Below are positions 24,401 to 33,582 of a stretch of 64,000 nt of DNA, in pieces. Each line of letters begins with the position of its first letter. Position 1 is the stretch's first letter. The notes under the pieces were generated by a model. The model was not told the origin of the DNA. It made no database searches and was given only the letters and a program-made list of their open reading frames with translations. Both the position numbers and the translations under genes were made by a program. The DNA comes from Callorhinchus milii (taxonomy: Eukaryota): assembly GCF_018977255.1 (NCBI RefSeq), contig NW_024704743.1, positions 54,624,001 through 54,688,000 of the forward strand. Direction: 5' to 3'.

Positions 24401-27400
24401 AGTAAAAGTATTTTGGTTATTTTTTACATAAAATAAAAAAGGGGAAAAAATGACAATGGATGTATAGATTGTCCCCAACGCCTTACCTGCCTTGGGCAGG
24501 TAAGCGCCTTGGGATGTCCTCTGAAAGGCGTTTTATAAACCTAAATTTATTTTGTATTGTACCTGCATGGATTGACAAGTTTGTCTGGCTGAATGTTAAT
24601 GAATGGAGAAACAGGCTTGTCAACAAACGATCCAAACCCAAATTGGAAATTGCTGGAAAATGTAGCCATCTTTTGTGACAAAGAATATCCCACAGAGTTT
24701 AACCTTTCCAGATTGGCCACCATCGATGCTGAAGTATCAACCAGATGGTAGAGATCGAGAGGATAATCATCAAGTCGCTGAACCTTCAGAATGAAGCTTG
24801 CCTCAGTACCTGAGAAAAAAAATAATCACGTACAATGATTAAGTCAATAATCCGGTCCTTCGGATAAGACCTTAAACTGAGATCCCATCCACCTGGTGGA
24901 TGTTAAAGATCCTATGTAACTATTCAAAAAGAGGAGTGAGTTTCTCTTGGTGTCCTAGCAACAATCCCCCCCAATAATGAAAATTGGTAATTTGTTTAAT
25001 CTCTTGCTAAACTAAAAATAAATTAAAGATGATAAAGACATTATTTTGTTCAGTCTTAAGCTTGTCAGTTTCCAGTCAATAGGGTGTTCCTTAATTTCTC
25101 TGGCAATTATGAAGTAACAGAAAGTGATATGCAATTTTGAACCCAATATATTCATGGTTTTAATTTTGATTCTTGTTGGAAACAAAAGGAAGCTACTTTT
25201 ACTTTATTTGTGAGCTGCTGTTCCATCACAAAACTCCACCTCATTGCAGGGCCTCTCCTGCTCTTCATTTCAATTAAAGTGACAGAAGCAAATTCTACTT
25301 GAAAAGAAGTCTACTGTTGCACCTGTCACTATCCCACTGTGAAACATGGGTCAATAGCCAAGTGGCCAAGAAAACTATATTGTGTGTCAGCCTGGTTCAG
25401 TCATAGCACTCTTTCGTCTGAGTCAGAAGGTTGTGGGTTCAAGCCCCATGTCGGGACTTGGAATCACATTGCCAAAGCACTACAATGCAGTGCTGGGGGT
25501 ATATTGAATTGCCGGAGGCGCCATCCTTTGGATGAAACATTAAACCGAAGTTCTGTCTGCCTGTTCAGGTGGGCGTTAAAGATCTCATGGTACTATTCAA
25601 AAAGAGAAGCAAGTTTCTCCCTGTGTCCTGGCCAACAAGCCCCCCAAATAAAATTGGTGAATGTTTGTGGGACAAGTGGTTGTCACCTTTCACCCAAAAA
25701 GTAGTCAATCCAGTTTACAGCATATTCTGTGAAGTGCTGTGAGACATCTCAATGATGTGAAAAAGTCGCTGTATCAAATGCAGAGATTATTCTTATTATT
25801 ATGTCAGCTGTGACAGGTGTCTGATCAGATCATCTGCTAATTCTGGTATGGACAGCGGGAGTTCCACTCTGGTTTCAATTTGTGTATTATTGATGAGATA
25901 GCGTAACAGGATTCCACTAAAAAGAGTATTTAAAAAAGGATTGTAATTGTATTTGGACTTAAATTAGTAAACACTTCATTTGAGAAATTATCACCTACAG
26001 GATGCACTTTGCAGTCTGTCCTGTCTTATAAACCTTTCCAGCTTTATAAGCTTTAGAAGGTGCAGGACAGAGATGCATATATTTTTTGATCAGCCGGGTG
26101 TGGAAATATGTGGAAACCCATCAACGTGATTATGAGTAGCCAAACTAAACTGAGAATTCCATTCATCCCACCATGCAAATTCCTATGTCCAGAGATATAA
26201 GGAGGATGGTGGTCAGGATCTATTGATCAGAACAGACGGGAAGAGGAGCAGTGCAGTCCAGAATGACCTGCAGAAAAATTGTTCCATGACATCACATCCA
26301 GTGGGATTATAAAAACAAAGGCCAAGTACTTTTTTTATTTTTCTCGGGATTCCTTTTTATTCTTTTTCATTATTTTTTGAGTGCTCCAAAACACTACTTG
26401 TGTGGGGGGCTCTATAAAAATACAAGCTGCTGTTGCATTCACTAGTAAGCCCTCACTCAATCCATCTCACTCACTCAATTTAGGATTGTGTCTAAATTAA
26501 TAAACAAATAATTTCAATTATGATTGCTACTTCCAGTGCTCTGTAACACTCTTTTACCCTCCTCCCTGCCTCCTCCATGCTAGCAAGCCTGGCCATTATC
26601 TGCAGATACCATGATCTTAATCTCGGCGTGTGTATTTTTGTCTACCGCCCCTGACCTGAGTTATTTCCACCTCCAAAGTGCCCTCATCTTCTATCCCTCA
26701 CCCTTCACTACTTCCATTCACTTCTCTTCTCAAGATATGCTCTTTGACTGCACTTTTGATCACCTTTCTCCTCCCTAACCTCTTCAACTCACACCTGCAG
26801 CTCGGGTGCCCAGCCAGCAGTATCAAACGCTTTGAAACGTCCTCCCGAGGTAAAAGGCATTATATATAATAATAATCTTTGCATCTGATATAGCGCCTTA
26901 TCACGTCTTCCAGACGTCTCAAAGCGCTTCACAGAATTGACTGTATATTTTATATAAATGTAAATTGTATTGTAAATGTATTATATTCTATATCAAATGC
27001 ATGTGGTATTGAGGCACAAAGGTTCCAGTTATGATTTTATTCTTCATCCACCTTCCAGTCTCACAACTCCTAAGAATCTAATACTCTCAATGAATCAGCT
27101 TGTTATTTTGCTTCCAGTAGCATCTACGGTTTGAAAAATACTGAAGTAATCTTACCATGAGAGCTAAGCTGGTGAAAAATGAGATCAGAAAACATTTAGT
27201 CACAGAGGATTGTTTGTTCTTTTGCTCAGCTAAATGTCTGGCATACGCGAAAACCCATCACTAGGATCAGCCGATTGTCTGACACATGCAGAAACCCACC
27301 ACCGTGACTAGCCAGGTCTGACTCACGTGGAAACCCAAAGCTGGCTCAATGACTGCCGCAAGCAATTTGGGGCCTTACCATTTTCACTAAGGTGGGGGTG

Positions 27401-30400
27401 GGGATGGGGGGGTGGTGAGAAATTGTTCCCCCCTCAGCCATTTATTAACTAGGTTATCTTTTGCAGTGGAAAGTCAGATGATGTGATAATTTCCGCCGGT
27501 TATAATTATGACCCTGAATGATGCATTTATTGTCCCATGTTTCTTTGACAAAGCCACTTCGATTGACTCCACTGATGCAAGCTCACATCTTACCGTTCTG
27601 AGGGGATCCTTAGTTTATGGTTTTATAAGGTGACAGATGACAATTGGGAAATGCATCGTCTTTATTTATAAACAAGGTAAAATGACCATTTATTTTAAGC
27701 CATTGGAAATATAAAGTCCACAGTCGCCTCTGGCTAATTATTGTGCCCTCCTTCTGTACTCTTGGTGCCCAGTGTACCATCAGCTACATATTACATGTAC
27801 AAGACCTGACAGTTATCTGAACTGGGCTAACAATAACAATCTGATAAATTAAGAGTTGGCAAGCACATCCTATGCCATAATTCTCTGGCTATGTTAACTT
27901 GTTTAGGTAATGACATGTAAAAGTAGCTCTGAAAAAAGTAATCGGCATGGACCATTTGGAAGATGCAGAAACAGTATGTTTAACTGTGAAAGCTGAGCTA
28001 ATTCACTTAACATTTACCACAGAGCAGACAATTTCACAACAGCATATGTGAAAATTGTCCTGATGTCGTTGGTTCTAATGAAAGGCCTGATCCTAAATGG
28101 ACAAGGGAAAAATTACAGAGTTCAAACCAAGTTGCCACTTGGTAGATAAGGTCACTTCAAACCCAAACTCTGCACTGAAACTTACTTATTGCAATCTGTT
28201 ACTTTTTATAACTTTTTTTGAAGCGTTCATTTTTCTTTTGTTTATGAGAATTTTCAAAGAATTAGTGACCTTTCTTCAATGTGGACAGCTGTCTTGATGT
28301 GGCTGAGAGATAGCACAGTACATGTACTGCAATTTAGCAATACAGTAATAATAAGTAAAGAGTCACTTGGATGTGCCTTCATCTCAAAGCTCATAACCAG
28401 CCAATGATGTATTGTATACCACAATGTACAATTACATTTTGGTGGGGTCGTGAGGTTAAATGAAAAACAAACAGCTCATGGACATTCCACATGACAATGT
28501 CTTCAGCACTGACTAATGTGAGTTCGATGAGCACAATGTTCAATCCAGCAAACAATACAATTTACATTTGTATGGCGCCTTTCACAGCAACGTCTTAAAG
28601 CGCTTCACAAATTTGGCTACATACCCGAGGCTGGGGGTGGGGAGGTGGGGACAAGAGAGCTGAAGAGGGTGACGGGGGAGAAAAAGATGACCAAAAACAT
28701 GATCAAAGAGGTAAGTCTTGACTCAGGCTTTAAAAGCAGGAAGGGGGCGAGTTGGAGGGACTCCATTAGGGTGTTCCAGAGACCAGGGGCAGAATGGACG
28801 AAAGCCCTAATAGGTTAGATCGGTAGGGTTATAGGATGTCACAAGGATAGATTGGTGGAAGGTCCTGGAGGGAATATCAGGACAAGGATGTTGAATTTGA
28901 TCTGTTGGGGCATGGCATGGCATATTTAAGGAACGCTGTCAACAACAACAACAACATTACATTTGTGTAGCGCCTTTCACGTCGGGCGGATGTCCCAAGG
29001 CACTGGACAGTGTACAGCATTTCAGACCCGAGCTGGGGTCAAGGGGAGGGAGAAGGGAGGGGAAGGGGAGTGACTGATGGCATTGCTGAAGAGGAGAGTT
29101 TTGAGACGGTACTTGAAGGAGGCTAAGGAGGGGGCGAGGCAGAGTGACTGGGGGATGGAATTCCAGAGGTAGGGGATAGAGTGGCTGAAGGCTCTCCCGC
29201 CAATGGTGGGGCAGGTGGGTTGGGGGATGTGGAGCAGGCCGTAGCCGGCTGCGCGGAGGGAGCAGGCAGGTTGATAGGGGGTTAGGAGGTCGCAGAGGTA
29301 GGGTGGGGCGAGGCCATGGAGGGCTTTATAGGTGAGGACCAGGATCTTGAACTGGATCCTCTAAAGGATAGGGAACCAATTGAGTCGGGCGAGAATGGGG
29401 GAGATGGGGTCAGAGTTTGGTGCAGGAGAGGGCATGGGCTGCAGAGCTCTGGATTATCTGCAGCCTGTGGAGGGAGGAGTTGGGAAGGCCGGCAAGCAGG
29501 GCATTTGCATAGTCGAGCCTGGAGGTGATGAAGGCGTGAACAAGAGTTTCAGCGGCCTGAGGGGTGAGGTAGTGGCGGAGTTGGGCGATGTTACGGAGGT
29601 GAGGGAAGGCAGAGCGGGTCATGGCTTGGATGTGGGGAAGAAAAGACAATTGAGGGTCGAACAAGACACCGAGGTTCCTGACTGGTTTGGTGAGCTGAAG
29701 TGTGCAACCATGGAGGTTGATGCTGCCAGAGCCTGAGGTGCTGAGGCACTGGCGTGAGCCAATCAGGAGGGCCTCAGTCTTGTTCACATTCAACTGTAGG
29801 AAATTTGCCCTCATCCAGGACGATGTCCGACAGACAGTCTGTCAGGACAGCAGTGGTCCTGGAGTTGAGGGTGGAGGCAGAAAGATAGAATTGGGTGTCA
29901 TCCACATACATATGGAAGTTGACCCCATGTCTGTGGGGGAACATGTAGATATTAAAGAAGGGAGGGCAAAGGACAGAGCCCTGGAGTACGCCAGACGTGA
30001 CAAGTTACAACTTGTCTTTTCATTTGAAAATTGAATGGCAATTTTTAAGGGAGTATATTTCAATATCAATTCAGCTCACAGTTACTAGTTATGGTCAGTG
30101 CAATCACCTGTTCTGGTAAAGCATCAATAATAAAACAGAACATAGAATCATAGAATCTTACAGCAGAGAAGGAGGTGTGTGTCTGTGTCAGCTCTTTGAA
30201 AGAGCTATCCAAATAGTCCCACTACGCTCTCACCCTATAACCCTGCAATTTTTTTCTTTTCAAGTACATATCCAACTCCTTTTTGAAAGCGACAATCGAA
30301 TCCGCTTGCACTACCCTTTCAAGCAATGCATGCCAATACAGTATTTTTGAAAGAAGTGAACACTGAATTTAAAATCTTGTACAATGCCAAGAGAGTAACT

Positions 30401-31945
30401 TACAATTAAATGGAAAGAAAGAACTATTGCATTATTGACAGTACTTACTGAGACTGTTTTTTTTATTATAAGCTTTCTATTCACCTCAATTGCAATTATT
30501 CCACCAAATTAAAATAAACAAAGGAAACCAAATTTATGGAAACTTCGAAGAGATTCCAAATTACATGGAAAACAGTCAGAGTACTGTAAACATTTCCTTA
30601 GTGGATCTCTCAATATGATTTCAACATTAATAAGGGAGATATTAAGATTCAAACCTGGTCTGAGATGCAAAGAGACTTTGCTGGGAGCCAGTTGCGAAAG
30701 TTGACTTTCTTCTATGTTAATCTTGGCCACAGGAAATTCAATAAGATTTGAATTGCAGCCTTTTCGAATTAGATTAGTGACCAAATCACATCTCGTATTC
30801 TGTAGTGGATCTTCTAAGAAATCCTGGATCATTAGTCGGAGACAGAATATTTGTAAGTCAATGTGTTCATAACATAATTGTGCCAATTTTGCCCACAAAA
30901 TACACAGTAAAACTTTAAAGTACACCTTGTGAAGTGCTTTGAGATGTCTTGAAGTGATAAGGTGCTGTATCAAATACATGGGTTATTATTATTACCATGC
31001 AATCTATGTTAGTAAATTAATATGAAACCTACACAAATCATCACTCGTCTTTGCTTGTTGATTCTGGCACACCTTCACTCATTTCAATGGATAGTGACCC
31101 AAGACACAGGAGTCAATTTCAATTGTCCAACTATTTAATATTGTCTTATTGGAAATAAACTAATTGATGCACTTAATGTAAAAGCAGAAATATAATAGCA
31201 GAAATATTTAATTTTCTTTTACATTTTCTAAAATGATAAACTTGATCGTTTTAGTTCCTGATCATTGTCTTTTCATGAGCACTTAGGAAGAGGGCCATTT
31301 CTTTTTTTTAAAAAAAATATATAATTTGTATTTACTATACAAAGCATTTTACACCAATACATCAATAAACAACTACCTCTTGGAAACACCATCCACATTC
31401 AGGACCCAGGAGAAGACATTCAGTGCACTTTGTAGCTTCTCCAGCAGCACAAGCATTTTGAACTGGAATGAAGGAAAACAAAAGGAAACTCTGAAAAACA
31501 CAGTATTATGATAAGAACAACACTTGCATTTTGATACAGCGAACGTACACATCGGGGGAACATCTTAAGGCATTTCATGGGGGGTTTACTGTGAAGTGCA
31601 ATGACTCGTCGATCAGTGTCTCGTCGACTTTGGTCTAACGGTTACCCGAGTGGACACTTCAGTTATTCTTCGTATAATCTGGAGACAGAGGGGTTTGCAA
31701 ATGGACCCTTATCAACAAGAAGAACTGGAAAAAGAAACAATAAACTGCAACAAAAGCGTGTGGTGGTGTGTGTCTGTGTGTGTGTGTGTGTGTGGAGCCA
31801 TGGCAGACACTCACCCCCTGGGCTGCCTTCTGTAAACGCCCCGGACATCAAGTACAGGAGGGTGAGCAGTATCTTCTTGGTCGGGAGGTGGTGGGGCTGT
31901 GGGCTGAACGGGACCCGCCGCCGCCGCCGCCGCCCGCCGCTCCAT
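275..31945 (-). CDS. ITGB8: Integrin beta-8, coding exons 1-9 (signal peptide, PSI, hybrid and betaI domains); 3' part continues beyond the left edge
   Basis: Nine GT-AG exons (131/86/169/247/166/159/96/90/135 nt). Exons 2-9 splice into one open frame collinear with human ITGB8 as I recall it ([55 protein letters not shown]). Confidence 0.95.
1011..1337 (-). mobile_element. tRNA-derived CORE-type SINE, short form
   Basis: Head with A/B boxes, CCTTGGGCAAGTTTCCTTAC core start, 3' stem-loop and (ATT)n tail. Homologous to the copy at 15533. Confidence 0.9.
1815..3096 (+). mobile_element. CR1-clade LINE, 5'-truncated, decayed RT plus 3' end
   Basis: Translates to [22 protein letters not shown] and [12 protein letters not shown] with frameshifts. 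Ends GGGCCGAATGGCCTGTTTCTGTGCTGTATATTCTATGTAATTCTATGT, a CR1-type tail. Confidence 0.92.
3937..5310 (-). mobile_element. L2-clade LINE, 5'-truncated and frameshifted
   Basis: ORFs 4780-5262, 4734-5021 and 4217-4843 give RT motifs ([29 protein letters not shown]). 3' stem-loop and (GTT)n tail at 3937-4010. Homologous to the LINE at 61381-64000. Confidence 0.93.
8445..8710 (+). mobile_element. L2 3' fragment (decayed)
   Basis: PKLWN-type coding remnant and AAGCGCTC..GGCGCTATA terminal stem. Confidence 0.7.
8988..9280 (-). mobile_element. CORE-type SINE, short form, with small head deletion
   Basis: Aligns by eye with 1011-1337 and 15533-15855. Confidence 0.88.
9548..10032 (+). repeat. Unclassified ~480-bp interspersed repeat ending GGTGATGGGTTTCCGCATGTGTCAGACACCCAGCTGACC plus an A-run
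   Basis: Diverged homologues at about 46920-47440 (+), 5722-5950 (-), 26083-26200 (-) and 46410-46480 (+). Confidence 0.7.
11399..11825 (-). mobile_element. Deu-domain SINE (decayed)
   Basis: Reverse strand reads ..GTTAAAGATCCCATGGCATTACTC..GGGAGTTTTTCCTTGTGTCCTAGC, followed by the shared SINE tail. Confidence 0.75.
12715..13107 (-). mobile_element. Deu-domain SINE (SacSINE1/AmnSINE1-like)
   Basis: tRNA-like head plus GATGAGATGTCAAACTGAGGTCCCGTCTGCCTGTTCAGGTGGATGTTAAAAATCCCATGGCAC (Deu domain as recalled). Confidence 0.85.
13261..13641 (-). mobile_element. CORE-type SINE, long form
   Basis: Contains the full GCCTCTGTTTACCTAGCAGTAAGTAGGAACC segment, the tail stem-loop and (ATT)n. Confidence 0.9.
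13989..14076. repeat. Short palindromic (MITE-like) element
   Basis: Imperfect palindrome centred on CTTGTGCTAATTAACACAAG. Further copies at about 53208-53280 and 53863-53955. Confidence 0.75.
14085..14470 (+). mobile_element. Probable LF-SINE-like ancient SINE
   Basis: GCCTTTTATCTCTAGAGCCTGGGTTTGAATCC and CCTACATGAAATGAATTTGGG..TTCCTAATGG resemble the LF-SINE consensus as recalled. The right boundary is uncertain. Confidence 0.5.
15533..15855 (+). mobile_element. tRNA-Ala-like CORE-type SINE, short form, well preserved
   Basis: TAGCTCAGTGG (A box), anticodon arm CTCGC-TTTGCAA-GCGAG, GTTCAATTCC (B box), CCTTGGGCAAGT core, L2-type stem-loop, (ATT)n. Confidence 0.93.
16485..17170 (+). mobile_element. 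Highly decayed CR1 fragment
   Basis: Remnants such as FNV..LHI, EKDLGV and EVMLKL (ORF 16593-16778). Confidence 0.65.
17218..17307 (-). CDS. ITGB8: ITGB8 exon 8 (90 nt): [30 protein letters not shown]
   Basis: tttctttaaAG acceptor, GTATAG donor. Resembles human DLLPLLPGTIAGEIESKAANLNNLVVEAYQ. Confidence 0.93.
17941..18260 (-). mobile_element. L2 3' fragment
   Basis: ORF 18013-18264 gives [16 protein letters not shown]. Terminal stem-loop and (GTT) tail. Confidence 0.88.
18850..19135 (+). mobile_element. Deu-domain SINE, 5'-truncated
   Basis: GATGAGTTGTTAAACCAAGG..TTCAGGTGGAC..CCCATGGCACTATTTGAAAAGAG plus the shared tail. Confidence 0.8.
19177..19272 (-). CDS. ITGB8: ITGB8 exon 7 (96 nt): [32 protein letters not shown]
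   Basis: ccaatAG acceptor, GTAAGA donor. Resembles human EHPSLGQLSEKLIDNNINVIFAVQGKQFHWYK. Confidence 0.95.
20590..20825 (+). mobile_element. CR1 3' fragment interrupted by a SINE
   Basis: TRGH.FKI..RPFRSE.RR.FF..RIV.IWN remnant. It resumes after the SINE at about 21207 (compare 35660-35730). Confidence 0.8.
20826..21206 (+). mobile_element. CORE-type SINE, long form
   Basis: Head, full core (GCCTCTGTTTACCTAGCAGTAAATAGGAACC) and tail. Confidence 0.9.
22595..22815 (+). mobile_element. CR1 3' end
   Basis: [17 protein letters not shown] remnant and a CR1-like terminus. Confidence 0.7.
23061..23219 (-). CDS. ITGB8: ITGB8 exon 6 (159 nt): [53 protein letters not shown]
   Basis: ttgtctcAG acceptor, GTAAAG donor. 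Very close to human [53 protein letters not shown]. Confidence 0.97.
23550..23940 (-). mobile_element. Old L2 ORF2 internal fragment
   Basis: [11 protein letters not shown] linker remnant (ORF 23456-23905), comparable to the 63200-63700 part of the young L2. Confidence 0.55.
24216..24381 (-). CDS. ITGB8: ITGB8 exon 5 (166 nt): (S)[55 protein letters not shown]
   Basis: catgacAG acceptor, GTGAGC donor, phase 2/0. BetaI-domain SGNxDxPEG motif. Confidence 0.96.
24563..24809 (-). CDS. ITGB8: ITGB8 exon 4 (247 nt): (G)[81 protein letters not shown](S)
   Basis: tttttctcAG acceptor, GTACAA donor, phase 1/2. MIDAS DxSxS (DTSAS) and GFGSFVDK motifs. Confidence 0.97.
25386..25801 (+). mobile_element. 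Deu-domain SINE, near full length
   Basis: tRNA-like head (AGCACTCT..GAGTCAGAAGGTTGTGGGTTCAAGCCC), Deu domain (GGATGAAACATTAAACCGAAG..TTCAGGTGGGCGTTAAAGATC), tail and (ATT)n. Confidence 0.87.
28552..28920 (-). mobile_element. Older L2 3' fragment
   Basis: Terminal stem with ATTGT-type tail and decayed LWN..FK..L coding remnant. Confidence 0.7.
28940..29995 (-). mobile_element. L2-clade LINE, 5'-truncated
   Basis: ORF 29410-29814 ([27 protein letters not shown]), (GTT)n tail. Confidence 0.92.
30137..30335 (-). mobile_element. CR1 3' end
   Basis: Reverse strand ends ..CTGCTGTAAGATTCTATGATTCTATGTTCT, a CR1-type octamer tail. Confidence 0.8.
30655..30823 (-). CDS. ITGB8: ITGB8 exon 3 (169 nt): [56 protein letters not shown](G)
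   Basis: gatccAG acceptor, GTTTGA donor. PSI/hybrid RCD..L..KGC..IE.P and LRPG motifs. Confidence 0.93.
31377..31462 (-). CDS. ITGB8: ITGB8 exon 2 (86 nt): (V)[28 protein letters not shown]
   Basis: ttcattccAG acceptor, GTAGTT donor. PSI-domain cysteine pattern. Confidence 0.95.
31767..31794. repeat. (TG)n microsatellite in intron 1
   Basis: Directly visible. Confidence 0.9.
31815..31945 (-). CDS. ITGB8: ITGB8 exon 1 coding part (signal peptide ..[23 protein letters not shown]), apparent 1-nt frameshift at ~31933
   Basis: Donor GG|GTGAGT at 31814 gives the phase 1 needed by exon 2. Basic then hydrophobic segment. The ATG at 31945 is in frame only if one base of the CGG tract is removed. 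Confidence 0.75.
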
Positions 31946-32060
31946 GTGTGAAGAGTCGGGCTCCGGGCGGAGGGTGCGAGCCGAGCGCAGGGCGGCGGAC
32001 AGGCGCACACCCACCGGCCGCACCATCCCGCATCTCCCGCACCGCAGGGCGGCTGCAACT
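31830..32060. promoter_or_regulatory. CpG-island-like GC-rich segment at the ITGB8 5' end
   Basis: Dense CpGs against a CpG-poor, AT-rich background; coincides with exon 1. Confidence 0.75.
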
Positions 32061-32085
32061 ACCCACAAGCCTCCAACTGCACCTC

Positions 32086-33480
32086 CAGCCCCTCACTCAC
32101 TCACTCACTCACACACACACACAGCCCCTCACTCACTCACTCACTCACTCACTCACACACAGCCCCTCACTCACTCACTCACACACACACACAGCCCCTC
32201 ACTCACTCACACACACACACACAGCCCCTCACTCACTCACTCACTCACTCACTCACACACACACAGCCCCTCACTCACTCACACACACCCCCAGCCCCTC
32301 ACTCACTCACTCACTCACTCACTCACTCACTCACACACACAGCCCCTCACTCACTCACTCACACACACACACAGCCCCTCACTCACACACACCCCCCAGC
32401 CCCTCACTCACTCACTCACTCACACACACACACACACACACACACAGCCCCTCACTCACTCACACACACACACACAGCCCCTCACTCACTCACACACAGC
32501 CCCTCACTCACTCACTCACTCACACACACACACACACACACAGCCCCTCACTCACTCACTCACACACACACAGCCCCTCACTCACTCACACACACACAGC
32601 CCCTCACTCACTCACTCACACCCCCCCCCAGCCCCTCACTCACTCACTCACTCAGTCACACCCCCCCAGCCCCTCACTCACTCACTCACTCACTCACTCA
32701 ATCACACCACCCCAGCCCCTCACTCAATCACACCACCCCAGCCCCTCACTCACTCACAGCCCCTCACTCACTCACTCACAGCCCCTCACTCACTCACTCA
32801 CTCACTCACTCACAGCCCCTCACTCACTCACAGCCCCTCACTCACTCACTCACAGCTCCTCACTCACTCACTCACAGCTCCTCACTCACTCACTCCCCCC
32901 CCAGCCCCTCACTCACTCACAGCTCCTCACTCACTCACACACCCCCAGCCCCTCACTCACTCACACCCCCCAGCCCCTCACTCACTCACAGCCCCTCACT
33001 CACTCACAGCCCTCACTCACTCACACCCCCAGCCCCTCACTCACTCACAGCCCTCACTCACTCACAGCCCTCACTCACTCACTCACAGCTCCTCACTCAC
33101 TCACACACCCCCAGCCCCTCACTCACTCACACCCCCCCAGCCCCTCACTCACTCACACCCCCCAGCCCCTCACTCACTCAGCTCCTCACTCACTCACACC
33201 CCCCTCAGCCCCTCCCTCCTCCCTCCCTCACTCACTCACACACGCCCCCCCCAGCCCCTCACTCACTCACTCACACACGCCCCCCCCCAGCCCCTCACTC
33301 ACTCACTCACTCACTCACACACCCCCCCCCCCCCCAGCCCCTCACTCACTCAGCTCCTCACTCACTCACACACCCCCCCAGCCCCTCACTCACTCAGCTC
33401 CTCACTCACTCACACACCCCCCCCAGCCCCTCACTCACTCACTCACTCACTCACAGCTCCTCACTCAGCCTCAATCACAG
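32086..33480. repeat. ~1.4-kb compound minisatellite CAGCCC-(CTCA)n-(CA)n/(C)n
   Basis: Directly visible. Units vary in length, and CAGCTCC variants and C-runs increase rightwards. Confidence 0.97.
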
Positions 33481-33547
33481 CTCTGCTCTCCCACTCATTC
33501 ACCGAGAAGCCTATTGTACCACGAGAAGGGAGAGAGGCAAAGGAGGG

Positions 33548-33582
33548 GAGAGAGAGAGAGCGAGAGAGAGAGTGAGAGAGTG
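33548..33582. repeat. (GA)n microsatellite
   Basis: Directly visible. Confidence 0.9.

Noticed and set aside
27226..27340. Regularly spaced repeats as a CRISPR array
   Set aside because: Units are contiguous and diverged with no unique spacers, there are no cas genes and the context is eukaryotic.
30509..30979. 156-aa ORF as a standalone gene
   Set aside because: Only 30655-30823 is ITGB8 exon 3. The flanks are intron and a SINE tail.
31811..32068. [14 protein letters not shown].. frame as the real ITGB8 N-terminus
   Set aside because: It has no hydrophobic signal sequence and splices into exon 2 out of frame, reaching a stop.
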